The notes under the pieces were generated by a model. That model saw nothing but the letters and a program-made list of their open reading frames with translations. It was not told the origin of the DNA and searched no databases. The position numbers and the translations under genes are program-made. A DNA stretch of 64,000 nucleotides, taken from NCBI GenBank assembly GCA_026388335.1, contig JAPLJZ010000079.1, positions 2,586 through 66,585 on the forward strand, in the 5' to 3' direction. The DNA comes from Deltaproteobacteria bacterium. GTDB lineage: Bacteria; Desulfobacterota; Syntrophia; Syntrophales; UBA8958. Below, piece after piece: positions 19,073-27,919 of the stretch. Numbering within the stretch: position 1 is the first letter of the stretch; every line of letters begins with the position of its first letter.

Positions 19073-20626
19073 TTATTTTACCCAATTTCTAAGTAATTCA
19101 GCAAATCTCTTTGCATCTGTGCTGGCGAGCTGTTTAACCAGTTCCGTTTCTGTCAAGCCGCCCCCTTCTGCCTGTCCGCTCAGTAATGCCATAGATTCAC
19201 CTCCCAGGCTCGCTTGTCTTGCGCCCGACAATTGAACGGTGTCCCGAGGCCCTTGTCGTGAAACACTCGTCATCAGTCCAGTCATCAGTGGCCGGATAAC
19301 GAAAAGGAAAAGGAGGCCGATCGCTGTGAGTAGGGCAAGATATTTTGCCACCGGAACAAATGGCGTAAGTCTTTCATGCCACGGAATGTTCGAGAGCGCC
19401 GCGTCAAGATCCTGCTTCGTGAAAGACATGCTTGTCAAAATAACCTGATCACCCCTGGCGGCATTGAAACCAGCCGATTTTCTAACCAGATCATCTAATG
19501 AATCGATTTCTTTTTTAGATCTTTCCTGATAGGTTTCCAGCCCCTTGTCATTCTTCGTGTAGATTCCATCCACGACCACGGCGATGGATAACTTCTTGAT
19601 TTCCCCCACAGGCATTACTGTCTTGTTGACCACCTTGTTGATTTCATAGTTGGTAACTTCATCGAGTTTATCTTTTTCCTGTCCCGGCGCGCTGCTCGTG
19701 ACCCCCACTTTTGCCGCACCTGAGGTGGCCACTGTTTTATCGCTCTGCTTCTGCGTACTCCTCACCACCGGAGATTCGGGATCGTAGGTTTCCTCCGTTT
19801 TTTCGGTGATGCGAAAATCGAGATCCGCCGTTACCCGAACAACAGCCTTTCCCTTCCCAACAACATTCTCCAGCATGGTCTGAATCTGGCTGGTAAGATT
19901 ACGTTCAACATTTCGCTGATATTCTATCTGCGAATTGGAGAGTTGGGATAATTTGTTTTCATCATGCCCCCTGGAAAGAATATTTCCTTTACTGTCAACA
20001 ACCATGACGTCTTCAAACCTCAGTCCCTCGACACTGCTGGCGACAAGATGACCTATGCCATCAATCTGATTCTGTCGCAGGCTCTTGCCAGTTTTAAGCT
20101 TGACTGTGACGGCAGCGGTTGATTTCTGCTGCTGATCGATAAATAATGTATCCTTTGCAAAGGCAATATGAACTCGACTTTGCTGGATCTCTTCGAGACT
20201 GTTGATTGTTCTGGCAAGTTCTCCCTGAATGGCCCGGCGATAATTGAGTTTTTGTTCAAATTCGGTAGCCCCGATAGATTTCTGGTCGAATATTTCAAAA
20301 CCTATATTACCACCTCTCGGCAAACCGGAGGCGGCAAGCTCCATCCTTAATTCCGGAACTTTATCGGATGCAACCGTTATGGCGTCGCCGGATGGACTGA
20401 TTTTGTAGGGGATTTTTTTCTCCTGCAATTTACCGACAATAGTCGCGGCGTCTTCGCTGGACAAGTTCGAATAGAGGGTTTGATAGTCCATCTGACCGGA
20501 AAAATGCACCATAGCAGCGACTGCGGCGAGACTGATCAGGGCGGAAGCTACAACCGTCATCTTTCTGACGGGCGTCAGCATGTTGAAATTCTGCCACAGT
20601 CTCGATAAGATTTCCAACGGGTTCAT
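19073..20626 (-). CDS. fliF: MS-ring protein FliF
   Basis: 517 aa with N- and C-terminal TM segments flanking a periplasmic ring domain. Position is fliE-fliF-fliG. Confidence 0.95.
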   Translation of the reverse strand: MNPLEILSRLWQNFNMLTPVRKMTVVASALISLAAVAAMVHFSGQMDYQTLYSNLSSEDAATIVGKLQEKKIPYKISPSGDAITVASDKVPELRMELAASGLPRGGNIGFEIFDQKSIGATEFEQKLNYRRAIQGELARTINSLEEIQQSRVHIAFAKDTLFIDQQQKSTAAVTVKLKTGKSLRQNQIDGIGHLVASSVEGLRFEDVMVVDSKGNILSRGHDENKLSQLSNSQIEYQRNVERNLTSQIQTMLENVVGKGKAVVRVTADLDFRITEKTEETYDPESPVVRSTQKQSDKTVATSGAAKVGVTSSAPGQEKDKLDEVTNYEINKVVNKTVMPVGEIKKLSIAVVVDGIYTKNDKGLETYQERSKKEIDSLDDLVRKSAGFNAARGDQVILTSMSFTKQDLDAALSNIPWHERLTPFVPVAKYLALLTAIGLLFLFVIRPLMTGLMTSVSRQGPRDTVQLSGARQASLGGESMALLSGQAEGGGLTETELVKQLASTDAKRFAELLRNWVK

Positions 20627-20675
20627 ATTGTATAATCCAAATGGCTAATTATTTCGTTTCATTATAGATGTCCAT

Positions 20676-20984
20676 TTATACACTCATCCGCATGATTTCT
20701 TGATATGCCTCTAAAGCCTTGTTTCTGACTTGCAACATGGTTCGAAACGAAATATCTGCTTTCTCAAGGGCAATCATGACTTCATGGAGGCTGCCTGATT
20801 CCTGAACCTGCATTTTGGTAACAGACTGATCCGCCTGGACCTGCATCTGGCTGACCTCATTTACAGCATCTTTCAAAACATTCCCGAAACTGTTGCCGCT
20901 CTTTTCCTGTCGAAACGGCTGTTTAACCTTCTGTAGTTGTCCCGCCGGGTCGGTTAGCCCTCCAATTGAGAATATATCTTTCAT
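20676..20984 (-). CDS. fliE: Flagellar hook-basal body protein FliE
   Basis: 102 aa with a C-terminal FliE motif (SLHEVMIALEKADISFRTMLQVRNKALEAYQEIMRM). Confidence 0.9.
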   Translation of the reverse strand: MKDIFSIGGLTDPAGQLQKVKQPFRQEKSGNSFGNVLKDAVNEVSQMQVQADQSVTKMQVQESGSLHEVMIALEKADISFRTMLQVRNKALEAYQEIMRMSV

Positions 20985-21010
20985 CTTCCCTCACCTTTCA
21001 GCATTTTGGC

Positions 21011-21436
21011 TTATTTCCCGAGATCGAGGGTTTTCAAAGCCATGTTTTTTGTTGCATCGTAAGCCGTGGCACATGCTTCAAAGGATCTGGCGGCGGTAAT
21101 CATATCCGCCATTTCCGTCACAAGATTGACATTGGGCAGATTTACCATACCCTTCTCATCTGCATCAGGATGGCCGGGGTTATAGATGGTCTTGAATCCA
21201 GTACTGTCTTCGGCAATATTGTCTACCTTGACGGTTCTCAAAGCATCTTTTAAGGCCCCACCAAACCCGTCCTGCGGGGTTTCGGCGGATAAAACAACCG
21301 ATTTCCGCTTGTACGGCCCCCCTTCCGGTGTCCTTGTTGTTTCCGCATTTGCCAGATTGCTTGCCACAACATCCATCTTTGTTCTTGAGGCAGCCATACC
21401 GGCGCCGCATATTTTAAAAGAAAGTGAATAATCCAT
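21011..21436 (-). CDS. flgC: Proximal rod protein FlgC
   Basis: 141 aa with motifs RTKMDVVASNLANAETT and YNPGHPDADEKGMV. Confidence 0.95.
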   Translation of the reverse strand: MDYSLSFKICGAGMAASRTKMDVVASNLANAETTRTPEGGPYKRKSVVLSAETPQDGFGGALKDALRTVKVDNIAEDSTGFKTIYNPGHPDADEKGMVNLPNVNLVTEMADMITAARSFEACATAYDATKNMALKTLDLGK

Positions 21437-21437
21437 A

Positions 21438-21824
21438 TTATTTCGTCTCCCTTAATGCCGTTTGTAGAGTCCTAAACTTCCTCGCCAACATTTCCACCGT
21501 CGTATTGTACATAAGATTATTTTCCGCCAGATTTACCATTTCCGAATCAAGCTTGACCGCTTCCTCAGTTTCACTAGTCTCGTAATTTCCAGGATCATTC
21601 TTGTTTAGTTCAGGCGCCATATGCCGATCCTGGGTCTTGATCATCTGCACCTTGCCCTTGCTCACCATAGCTTCCCGCAGATCCTTACGAAAGGTCAAAT
21701 CCGCTGCTTTGAAGCCGGGAGTATCGATATTTGTAACATTTGACAGGATGACTTGGTGCCTTTTCGACCGGTAGGTCAGCATATTTGAGAGGACATCAAA
21801 TGTTTTATTAAATAATGGCGGCAT
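21438..21824 (-). CDS. flgB: Proximal rod protein FlgB
   Basis: 128 aa with the motif RHQVILSNVTNIDTPGFK. First gene of the rod/MS-ring operon. Confidence 0.9.
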   Translation of the reverse strand: MPPLFNKTFDVLSNMLTYRSKRHQVILSNVTNIDTPGFKAADLTFRKDLREAMVSKGKVQMIKTQDRHMAPELNKNDPGNYETSETEEAVKLDSEMVNLAENNLMYNTTVEMLARKFRTLQTALRETK

Positions 21825-21860
21825 CCTATTTTCTCTCTATTGATTTATATTGAACAGTCA

Positions 21861-21876
21861 TGCAAAGCATATACCA
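21861..21876 (-). promoter_or_regulatory. Sigma-54 promoter for flgB...fliJ/ylxF
   Basis: Reverse strand reads TGGTATATGCTTTGCA. It lies 36 nt upstream of the flgB ATG and directly abuts the stop codon of the upstream sigma-54 activator gene. Confidence 0.75.
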
Positions 21877-23289
21877 TTATGATTCTTCTTCATCCTCGCT
21901 GAATCCATGGCCTTCCAACTGATACTCATGAAGCTTGTTTCTCATCGTGCGCACACTGATTCCCAAAAGCCGTGACGCCTTGCTTTTATTCCCGTCTACT
22001 TTCGAGAGGGTTTCATAAATGAGCGCCTTTTCGACGTCTTTCAAAGTCATATTTGCTGTGTCCATATGCAATTTTACAGACTCCTGATGCCCTGATAAGA
22101 AATCGGGAGGTTCCTTAAATAAATCGCCCTCGAGGAAAAGATCTCCAGGATGAATAACATTATTTTCACAAATCAGGATCGCCCTTTCCATGGTGTTTTC
22201 CAACTCCCGGACATTGCCCGGCCAGTCATGGCCCATCAAGGAGTCAATTGCCTGCGGGGATAGATCCGGTTTCTTTGTGTCGTTAGCCTGACTGTATTTT
22301 TTCAAAAAATGATCGGCAAGGAGGGGAATATCGTCCCTGCGTTCACGCAAAGCCGGTATAACGAGGGGAATGACGTTTAATCTATAGAATAAATCCCCAC
22401 GGAATTTTTTATCTTCAACAGCGGCCTTTAAGTCGATATTGGTTGTTGCAATGATCCTAACGTCAACAGGTACGGGGGCCTTACCTCCCAACCGATCGAT
22501 TTCACCTTCCTGAACGACGCGCAGGAGTTTGGCCTGAAGTTGAACATCCATTTCACTGACCTCGTCAAGGAGTAACGTCCCTCCATCGGCCAGTTCAAAT
22601 TTTCCTGGTTTACGAAAAAGGGCGCCCGTAAAAGCGCCTTTCTCGTAACCGAACATTTCACTTTCGAGTAGATTGTTGGGAATGGCTGCACAATTGACGG
22701 CAACAAACGGGTTTTGCCTTCTCTTGCTGTGAAGATATATGAACCGGGCAAATAATTCCTTGCCGGTGCCGCTTTCCCCTTGAATCAATATGCTTGACCG
22801 GCTTTTGGCGACGTTTTTCAACATGGCAAGGAGTTTTATAATTCTGTCATTTCTGGTAATAATTTCCATCGAGGCCGGGTATGATGCATCCGCGAGATCA
22901 TCGTTCGGCGTATCCAACTCAACTCGCGACGCCAGAACATTTCTGACCGCGAATTCCAGATCATCAAGGGAGAAGGGCTTCATGATAAACTCAGCCGCCC
23001 CTTCCTTCATGGCTTCCACAGCTGTTTTTACCGTTCCGTACGCCGTAATGAGAATGACCGGTGTCTGGGGGGATATTTTTTTTATTTCTTTAAGGACATC
23101 CATCCCACCCATCTTGGGCATTCTCATGTCCGTCACGACAACTTCAAAATGATTTTTTCCAAACATTTTAAGGGCTTCATCGCCATTTTCGGCAATACAG
23201 ACATCATAACCGCTCGTCTCAAGAGAGTCGGCAAGGGCCATCCTCATGGTCAGATCGTCATCCACAATGAGTATTTTCTTGTTTTTCAT
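21877..23289 (-). CDS. Sigma-54-dependent response regulator (FlgR/FlrC/FleR-like: REC, AAA+, Fis-HTH)
   Basis: REC domain (MKNKKILIVDD...VVTDMRMP), Walker A GESGTGKE, GAFTGA loop and a C-terminal HTH (ASRLLGISVRTMRNKL). I chose the start at 23289 (the track ORF extends to 23409) because it sits 7 nt after the kinase stop. Confidence 0.9.
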   Translation of the reverse strand: MKNKKILIVDDDLTMRMALADSLETSGYDVCIAENGDEALKMFGKNHFEVVVTDMRMPKMGGMDVLKEIKKISPQTPVILITAYGTVKTAVEAMKEGAAEFIMKPFSLDDLEFAVRNVLASRVELDTPNDDLADASYPASMEIITRNDRIIKLLAMLKNVAKSRSSILIQGESGTGKELFARFIYLHSKRRQNPFVAVNCAAIPNNLLESEMFGYEKGAFTGALFRKPGKFELADGGTLLLDEVSEMDVQLQAKLLRVVQEGEIDRLGGKAPVPVDVRIIATTNIDLKAAVEDKKFRGDLFYRLNVIPLVIPALRERRDDIPLLADHFLKKYSQANDTKKPDLSPQAIDSLMGHDWPGNVRELENTMERAILICENNVIHPGDLFLEGDLFKEPPDFLSGHQESVKLHMDTANMTLKDVEKALIYETLSKVDGNKSKASRLLGISVRTMRNKLHEYQLEGHGFSEDEEES

Positions 23290-23296
23290 TTCAGCT

Positions 23297-24091
23297 TTAA
23301 TCAGCGAATGCCGGCAGAGATATACAAAATACCATGCTGTCTTCGTCTTTTTCCAGATGAACGGAGCCCTGATGCATCTCAACGATGCTGGAAACGACGG
23401 CAATCCCAAGACCCGTTTTCATTTCTTCTTTCTGAAAGATCCATTCGAGACTGTTCACGGTTCTCATGCTCGCCCTTTTTTCTGCACTTGTTTTCATAGA
23501 GAAACGAATATCGAAATTCCCGCTGTTATTCATATCAGAAGATTTCGACGCCTGCGTGTCTTCGATTTTGAAGCGCGTTTCAATGAAAAGATATTCCCCT
23601 TCCCGAATAGACTGAAGGGCATTAAGAATAAGCATCAAAAATAGTTGCTTGAGCATTTCCCCGTTTCCATAAACTACCGGTTCTGACGGCGCATACTTCA
23701 TCAGCAGAAAGAGAGTTTTCCCGTCGCGCATCATCTCGGAAAATTGCAGAATTTCTCTTATAATGTCGTGGATCTGAATCTTTCCAAAAACGATTTCCCT
23801 CGCCCTCGTTGAAACCATCATATTTGTTATTCTTTCGTTAATTTCTTTCACTGCGTTAATAATCTGTGCTGCTCGCCTTATATTCGTCTGATCATCCGTG
23901 CTTTTCATCAAAAGAGAAGCAAGCAGTTCGATGCTCCCCAAAGGATTGCGAACTTCATGGGCAAGCTCCGCCGCAAGATCTGTGAATGATTGTTTTTGCT
24001 CATCTTCTTTATGATGGCGGTTAAGGCTTTTCATTAGGTTCCCCGGCTTCAATTTCAATTCGGCGCCAATCCCATATTTTTCCCTTTCCAC
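23297..24091 (-). CDS. Soluble histidine kinase (FlgS/FlrB-like), with no TM or sensor domain
   Basis: H-box ELAHEVRNPLGSIE and G2 box GLGIAVVSSIVEMHQG. An alternative start at 24034 (MKSLN) would remove the overlap with the upstream gene. Confidence 0.85.
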   Translation of the reverse strand: MEREKYGIGAELKLKPGNLMKSLNRHHKEDEQKQSFTDLAAELAHEVRNPLGSIELLASLLMKSTDDQTNIRRAAQIINAVKEINERITNMMVSTRAREIVFGKIQIHDIIREILQFSEMMRDGKTLFLLMKYAPSEPVVYGNGEMLKQLFLMLILNALQSIREGEYLFIETRFKIEDTQASKSSDMNNSGNFDIRFSMKTSAEKRASMRTVNSLEWIFQKEEMKTGLGIAVVSSIVEMHQGSVHLEKDEDSMVFCISLPAFAD

Positions 24092-26373
24092 GCGGCTTCT
24101 TCCGACATATAATCAGCCACTTTGGTCCAGAAGGCGTCTTCACCGCCTCCCTTGAGGTTCGCAATTTTCTTCTTGGCGGCGTCCCCATTGGACGCTTTTA
24201 TCTCACACAACGCCAGGCGGTACAAAATCCAGCGCTTATCGGCTTTATCGGAACTGTTGAGGGCGCCTTCATACCACTTCATGGCTTCCTGGTATTTTCC
24301 TTCTAAATACAGACGGTCCCCTGCACTCAGGAGATTTTCATTCCCGGTGGCCTCCCCCTGTTTCAGACTTTCAATATCCTTCTGGATGTTTGCCCTGACA
24401 ATGCTGTCTTTGCAGACGGCATCCATATAATTAAGCATCGACATCGCCTCTTTTTTGAATGAAAGTTTTTGCAGCGCCGTAGCGATTTTCATCAGCGCGT
24501 CATCATCCGGCTGGTCATAAAACCCTTTATGGAAGGTTTTAAAATACAGGTCAGCCATAGAGAGATAATCTTCGCGGGCGAATGAATCATTGACCAGGGA
24601 TTTGAAGGCGCTTTTTAGAACTTTTGACGTTTCCGGTGTATATGGTCCCTTGGGATATCTTGAGATTGCATCACTTGATATTTCAAAGGCTTCAAGAAAA
24701 CGACCGGTTTTCTCCAAACCACGGGCCTTCAGATAAAGGACGCGCTGCATGGTTTCACTGTCGGGGAGAGCAGAAAGAACCAGATCATAGTTGGCAATGG
24801 GGTCCTCGACATATTTGCTGCCCGGCATAGGTGCGGGAAATTTTAGTTCCGGATGTAGAATCCCCAGATTCGCCAGGGCAATCAAGCTTTCCGTAGCTTC
24901 CCGGGAGCCTGTATATGCTTCAATGACCTTGGAAAAAAGTTGCACGGCGGTTCGGTATTGGCGGCTGCCGTAAAATGACGCCGCTAAAGCATAATAAGCC
25001 GATTTAGCCTGGTCGCCCTGGGGATAGATGCTCAAAAAGTACGACAGCGATCCGATGGCATCTTCATACCTTCCCGATTCATACTGCAGACATCCCATAT
25101 ACAGGATGGCATCCCTGGGTATGTCTGCCTTGTTCGGCCATCTTTTTAGAATATCTTCATATAATTGAAGGGCGTTTTTCAGATCCTTCATTTCGTAGTA
25201 GCTTTCCGCCAACGAGAATCTTGCCTCCCGGTTGTATTTACCTGTGGGATATTTTTTTAGATATAACTGTAGGCGGTCTGCTGCCTGAGCGTACCTGCCG
25301 ATTTTTCGCGTCATCACCCCGACCCCGAACATGGCTTCCTGGATAAATGTCGAGTCGGGGTACTTTTTCGCGAGTCCGTCATAGGCGGCACCCGCTTCAT
25401 AATAGAATTTCAACTTGTCATTGCACATCGCCAATCGATAATAGGCCAAATCATTCTCTTCCTTCGGATCCGGATAATTCCGCAAGATGGCTTTGTAATG
25501 TTCAACGGCAATAATATATTTTCCCGCAAATCCCTGCTCGCCCATGAAAAAATAACAATCTGCCAAGCGGCGGACTGCTCTTTCGTATGTCGGGATATCG
25601 ACATTTTTTTGACGTGTTATTGCATAGAACATCTCCGCTGCTTGATCATACTGATGATTTTGAAATGATTGCATCGCCTTCCCAATAATTGAATATTGCG
25701 GCGCCCCTTGTTGTTGCTGGACGGATGCTACCGGCGGCGTTGTAGCGGGCGCCGCCTGTATGGCTGCGGCTGACACCATCGGAGGGGGGGTAACGGCAAC
25801 GGCTTGTGGGGAATTAGCTTGTGCCACCGGTGGGGTTGTAACGGACGCCGCCGGCGAAGTCGCCTTGAGTTTTTCCGACGCATAGTCAACACGATGACGC
25901 TCACGTAATTTTGATTTCTCTACCGCCGGTTGCAGAGTCGTGGATTTTCCCACTGCCTTCTCTACGGCGGGTTGGGGAGTTGCAGATTTTCTAACGGTTT
26001 TCTCTACCGCAGGCTTGGGTTCCGTCGATTTCCTCACAGACGTGTTTGCTTCATAAAGTTGACGTTCAGGCATATCATAGGCCGTGCGGAGCATGCTTTC
26101 CGGATAAACTTGCCGAATCTTTTGTAAAATTGCCGTTCCATCCGTCTGTTTGGAATATTTGCCGATCCTGACTACATACTGCTCACCGATTTTCTCCACC
26201 CTGATATCGTTCACTTTTTCAGCCTCCAGCTTCTTAGCTTCTCTCAGGGCGTTATTCTTTTCTTTATTTGTGATGACCTGAATGGTGAATATCTTGTTGG
26301 GTTCGGAATAAACGGTTTGCGCTGAGACAATAAAGGCCAGTAAAGTCATAAAGATACAAATTGTTTTCACCAT
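24055..26373 (-). CDS. Secreted SPOR-domain plus TPR-repeat protein
   Basis: I chose the start at 26373 (MVKTICIFMTLLAFIVSAQTVYS, a signal peptide). An N-terminal SPOR-like fold (FTIQVITNKEKNNALREAKKLE...VRIGKYS) is followed by a triple repeat RKS(T/A)xP(K/Q)PAVEK, a Pro/Ala-rich linker and about 500 aa of TPR-like repeats. Confidence 0.75.
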   Translation of the reverse strand: MVKTICIFMTLLAFIVSAQTVYSEPNKIFTIQVITNKEKNNALREAKKLEAEKVNDIRVEKIGEQYVVRIGKYSKQTDGTAILQKIRQVYPESMLRTAYDMPERQLYEANTSVRKSTEPKPAVEKTVRKSATPQPAVEKAVGKSTTLQPAVEKSKLRERHRVDYASEKLKATSPAASVTTPPVAQANSPQAVAVTPPPMVSAAAIQAAPATTPPVASVQQQQGAPQYSIIGKAMQSFQNHQYDQAAEMFYAITRQKNVDIPTYERAVRRLADCYFFMGEQGFAGKYIIAVEHYKAILRNYPDPKEENDLAYYRLAMCNDKLKFYYEAGAAYDGLAKKYPDSTFIQEAMFGVGVMTRKIGRYAQAADRLQLYLKKYPTGKYNREARFSLAESYYEMKDLKNALQLYEDILKRWPNKADIPRDAILYMGCLQYESGRYEDAIGSLSYFLSIYPQGDQAKSAYYALAASFYGSRQYRTAVQLFSKVIEAYTGSREATESLIALANLGILHPELKFPAPMPGSKYVEDPIANYDLVLSALPDSETMQRVLYLKARGLEKTGRFLEAFEISSDAISRYPKGPYTPETSKVLKSAFKSLVNDSFAREDYLSMADLYFKTFHKGFYDQPDDDALMKIATALQKLSFKKEAMSMLNYMDAVCKDSIVRANIQKDIESLKQGEATGNENLLSAGDRLYLEGKYQEAMKWYEGALNSSDKADKRWILYRLALCEIKASNGDAAKKKIANLKGGGEDAFWTKVADYMSEEAAWKGKNMGLAPN

Positions 26374-26412
26374 GCCGGATTGCCTTTCAATAAAGTAGTC
26401 ACAGTGCCTGAC

Positions 26413-26428
26413 AGCAATTACCGTACCA
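26413..26428 (-). promoter_or_regulatory. Sigma-54 promoter for the SPOR/TPR-kinase-activator operon
   Basis: Reverse strand reads TGGTACGGTAATTGCT. It lies 40 nt upstream of the ATG at 26373. Confidence 0.7.
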
Positions 26429-26459
26429 TGATTTTTCCCTGCGCTCTTTACCAGGCAGG

Positions 26460-26475
26460 TGGCACCCCACTTGCA
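26460..26475 (+). promoter_or_regulatory. Sigma-54 promoter for pilZ-motA-motB
   Basis: TGGCACCCCACTTGCA is a near-perfect consensus match. It lies 35 nt upstream of the pilZ ATG. Confidence 0.8.
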
Positions 26476-26510
26476 AGGCAATTTTCATTATTCATCAAAT
26501 AGGGGGAAAT

Positions 26511-27053
26511 ATGACATCTGAAGACTGTATAACCATGAACCGTCGCGAATACACCCGTGTTTATGCCTACATTCCCATGGCCTATCGTCTTATATCAAAG
26601 GATGAACATCCGGTGGTTCGTTCCCGAATCTCAGGTAATATGGCCATCCCGGATTACTCCATGCTGCCGGAGGTTGAGGAACCCCTTCTCAACGAATGGT
26701 TACGTGTGATCAATACAAAGCTCGATTCCCTTATCCGGCTCATAACGCTCCAAGGTGAGGGCTTTCAGTCTCTTCCCTTCAAGGCGGTCCACATCAGCGG
26801 CAACGGAATTAATTTTACAACTAAAGATCCTTTCCAGTCCGGTGATATTCTGGAAATGAAGCTTGTTTTGTCTTCCGGGCAGTCGGCGGGGCTGTACCTT
26901 TATCTCTATGGTGAAGTTGTCAAAACTGAAAAGCAGACCAGCGGGTACGTAACGGTTCTGAGTTATGTCAAGATAGACGACAAGATCAGGGATGAAATCG
27001 TCCGCTTCGTTTTTGAAAAGGAACGGGAAATTCTTAGAGAGAAAAGGAAGTGA
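26511..27053 (+). CDS. PilZ-domain protein with widely separated c-di-GMP motifs
   Basis: 180 aa. RxxxR is at residues 12-16 (RREYTR). An xxSxxG-like motif HISGNG is at residues 94-99, followed by a beta-barrel-like C-terminus. Confidence 0.65.
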   Translation: MTSEDCITMNRREYTRVYAYIPMAYRLISKDEHPVVRSRISGNMAIPDYSMLPEVEEPLLNEWLRVINTKLDSLIRLITLQGEGFQSLPFKAVHISGNGINFTTKDPFQSGDILEMKLVLSSGQSAGLYLYLYGEVVKTEKQTSGYVTVLSYVKIDDKIRDEIVRFVFEKEREILREKRK

Positions 27054-27061
27054 AATAATCT

Positions 27062-27919
27062 ATGTTTGTCATTTTTGGAGTGCTCTTCGTGACCGCATGC
27101 GTGATCGGCGGCTACCTTCTGGAACACGGTAAATTAGAAGTACTGTTCCAACCGGTGGAACTGTTGATCATCGGCGGGGCTGCTTGTGGCGGTTTTCTTA
27201 TAGCTGCACCCCTGAAGACCGCTAAGACCGTCATGGCCGCCGTGTTAGCCACCCTTACACACAAGCCCTATGGCAAGCAGGAATATATGGAATCACTGAT
27301 ACTGCTCAATGGAATTTTTTACAAAATCAGGCAACAGGGTCTTGTTTCCATTGAAAGCGATGTGGACGACCCCGAAAAAAGTCTTCTTTTTAACAAATTC
27401 CCGAAGATTTTACACAACCACCGTGCCATCGGTCTCATCACCGATACCCTGCGGCTGGTCATGACGACCACGATAGCCTCTCATGAACTGGAAGCCCTCA
27501 TCGATACGGAATTGGAAGGTCATTTTGAAGAACTGATCCTCCCTTCCAAGATGGTAAATTTTACCGCCGATTCCCTCCCAGGTCTCGGTATCGTAGCGGC
27601 CGTTCTCGGGATAGTCCTGACCATGGCAAAAATAGATTCGCCCCCTTCCGTATTGGGAAACAGCATCGGCGCTGCCCTGGTGGGAACATTTCTCGGCGTT
27701 CTCCTCTGCTATGGCTATGTTGGACCGATGGGGAAGAATCTCGAACACGTCGCCATGGAAGAATTACAGTATCTGGTGGTTTACAAGGTAGCGCTGGTGT
27801 CCTTTGTCGGCGGCGCCGCCCCCAAGGTGGCCCTGGAATTCGGGCGCCGGGTCATCCCCCATGAATCAAAACCGGGTTTTCTGGAAGTCGAAGAAGCATT
27901 GCGGGCGCAAAAGAAATAA
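27062..27919 (+). CDS. motA: Flagellar stator protein MotA
   Basis: 285 aa with a MotA 4-TM layout. Its stop directly abuts the motB start. Confidence 0.9.
   Translation: MFVIFGVLFVTACVIGGYLLEHGKLEVLFQPVELLIIGGAACGGFLIAAPLKTAKTVMAAVLATLTHKPYGKQEYMESLILLNGIFYKIRQQGLVSIESDVDDPEKSLLFNKFPKILHNHRAIGLITDTLRLVMTTTIASHELEALIDTELEGHFEELILPSKMVNFTADSLPGLGIVAAVLGIVLTMAKIDSPPSVLGNSIGAALVGTFLGVLLCYGYVGPMGKNLEHVAMEELQYLVVYKVALVSFVGGAAPKVALEFGRRVIPHESKPGFLEVEEALRAQKK

Noticed and set aside
21877-23409. Long (510-aa) form of the sigma-54 activator ORF
   Set aside because: The extra 40 codons overlap the kinase gene's 3' end. The internal ATG at 23289 gives the canonical MKNKKILIVDD REC start, 7 nt after the kinase stop.
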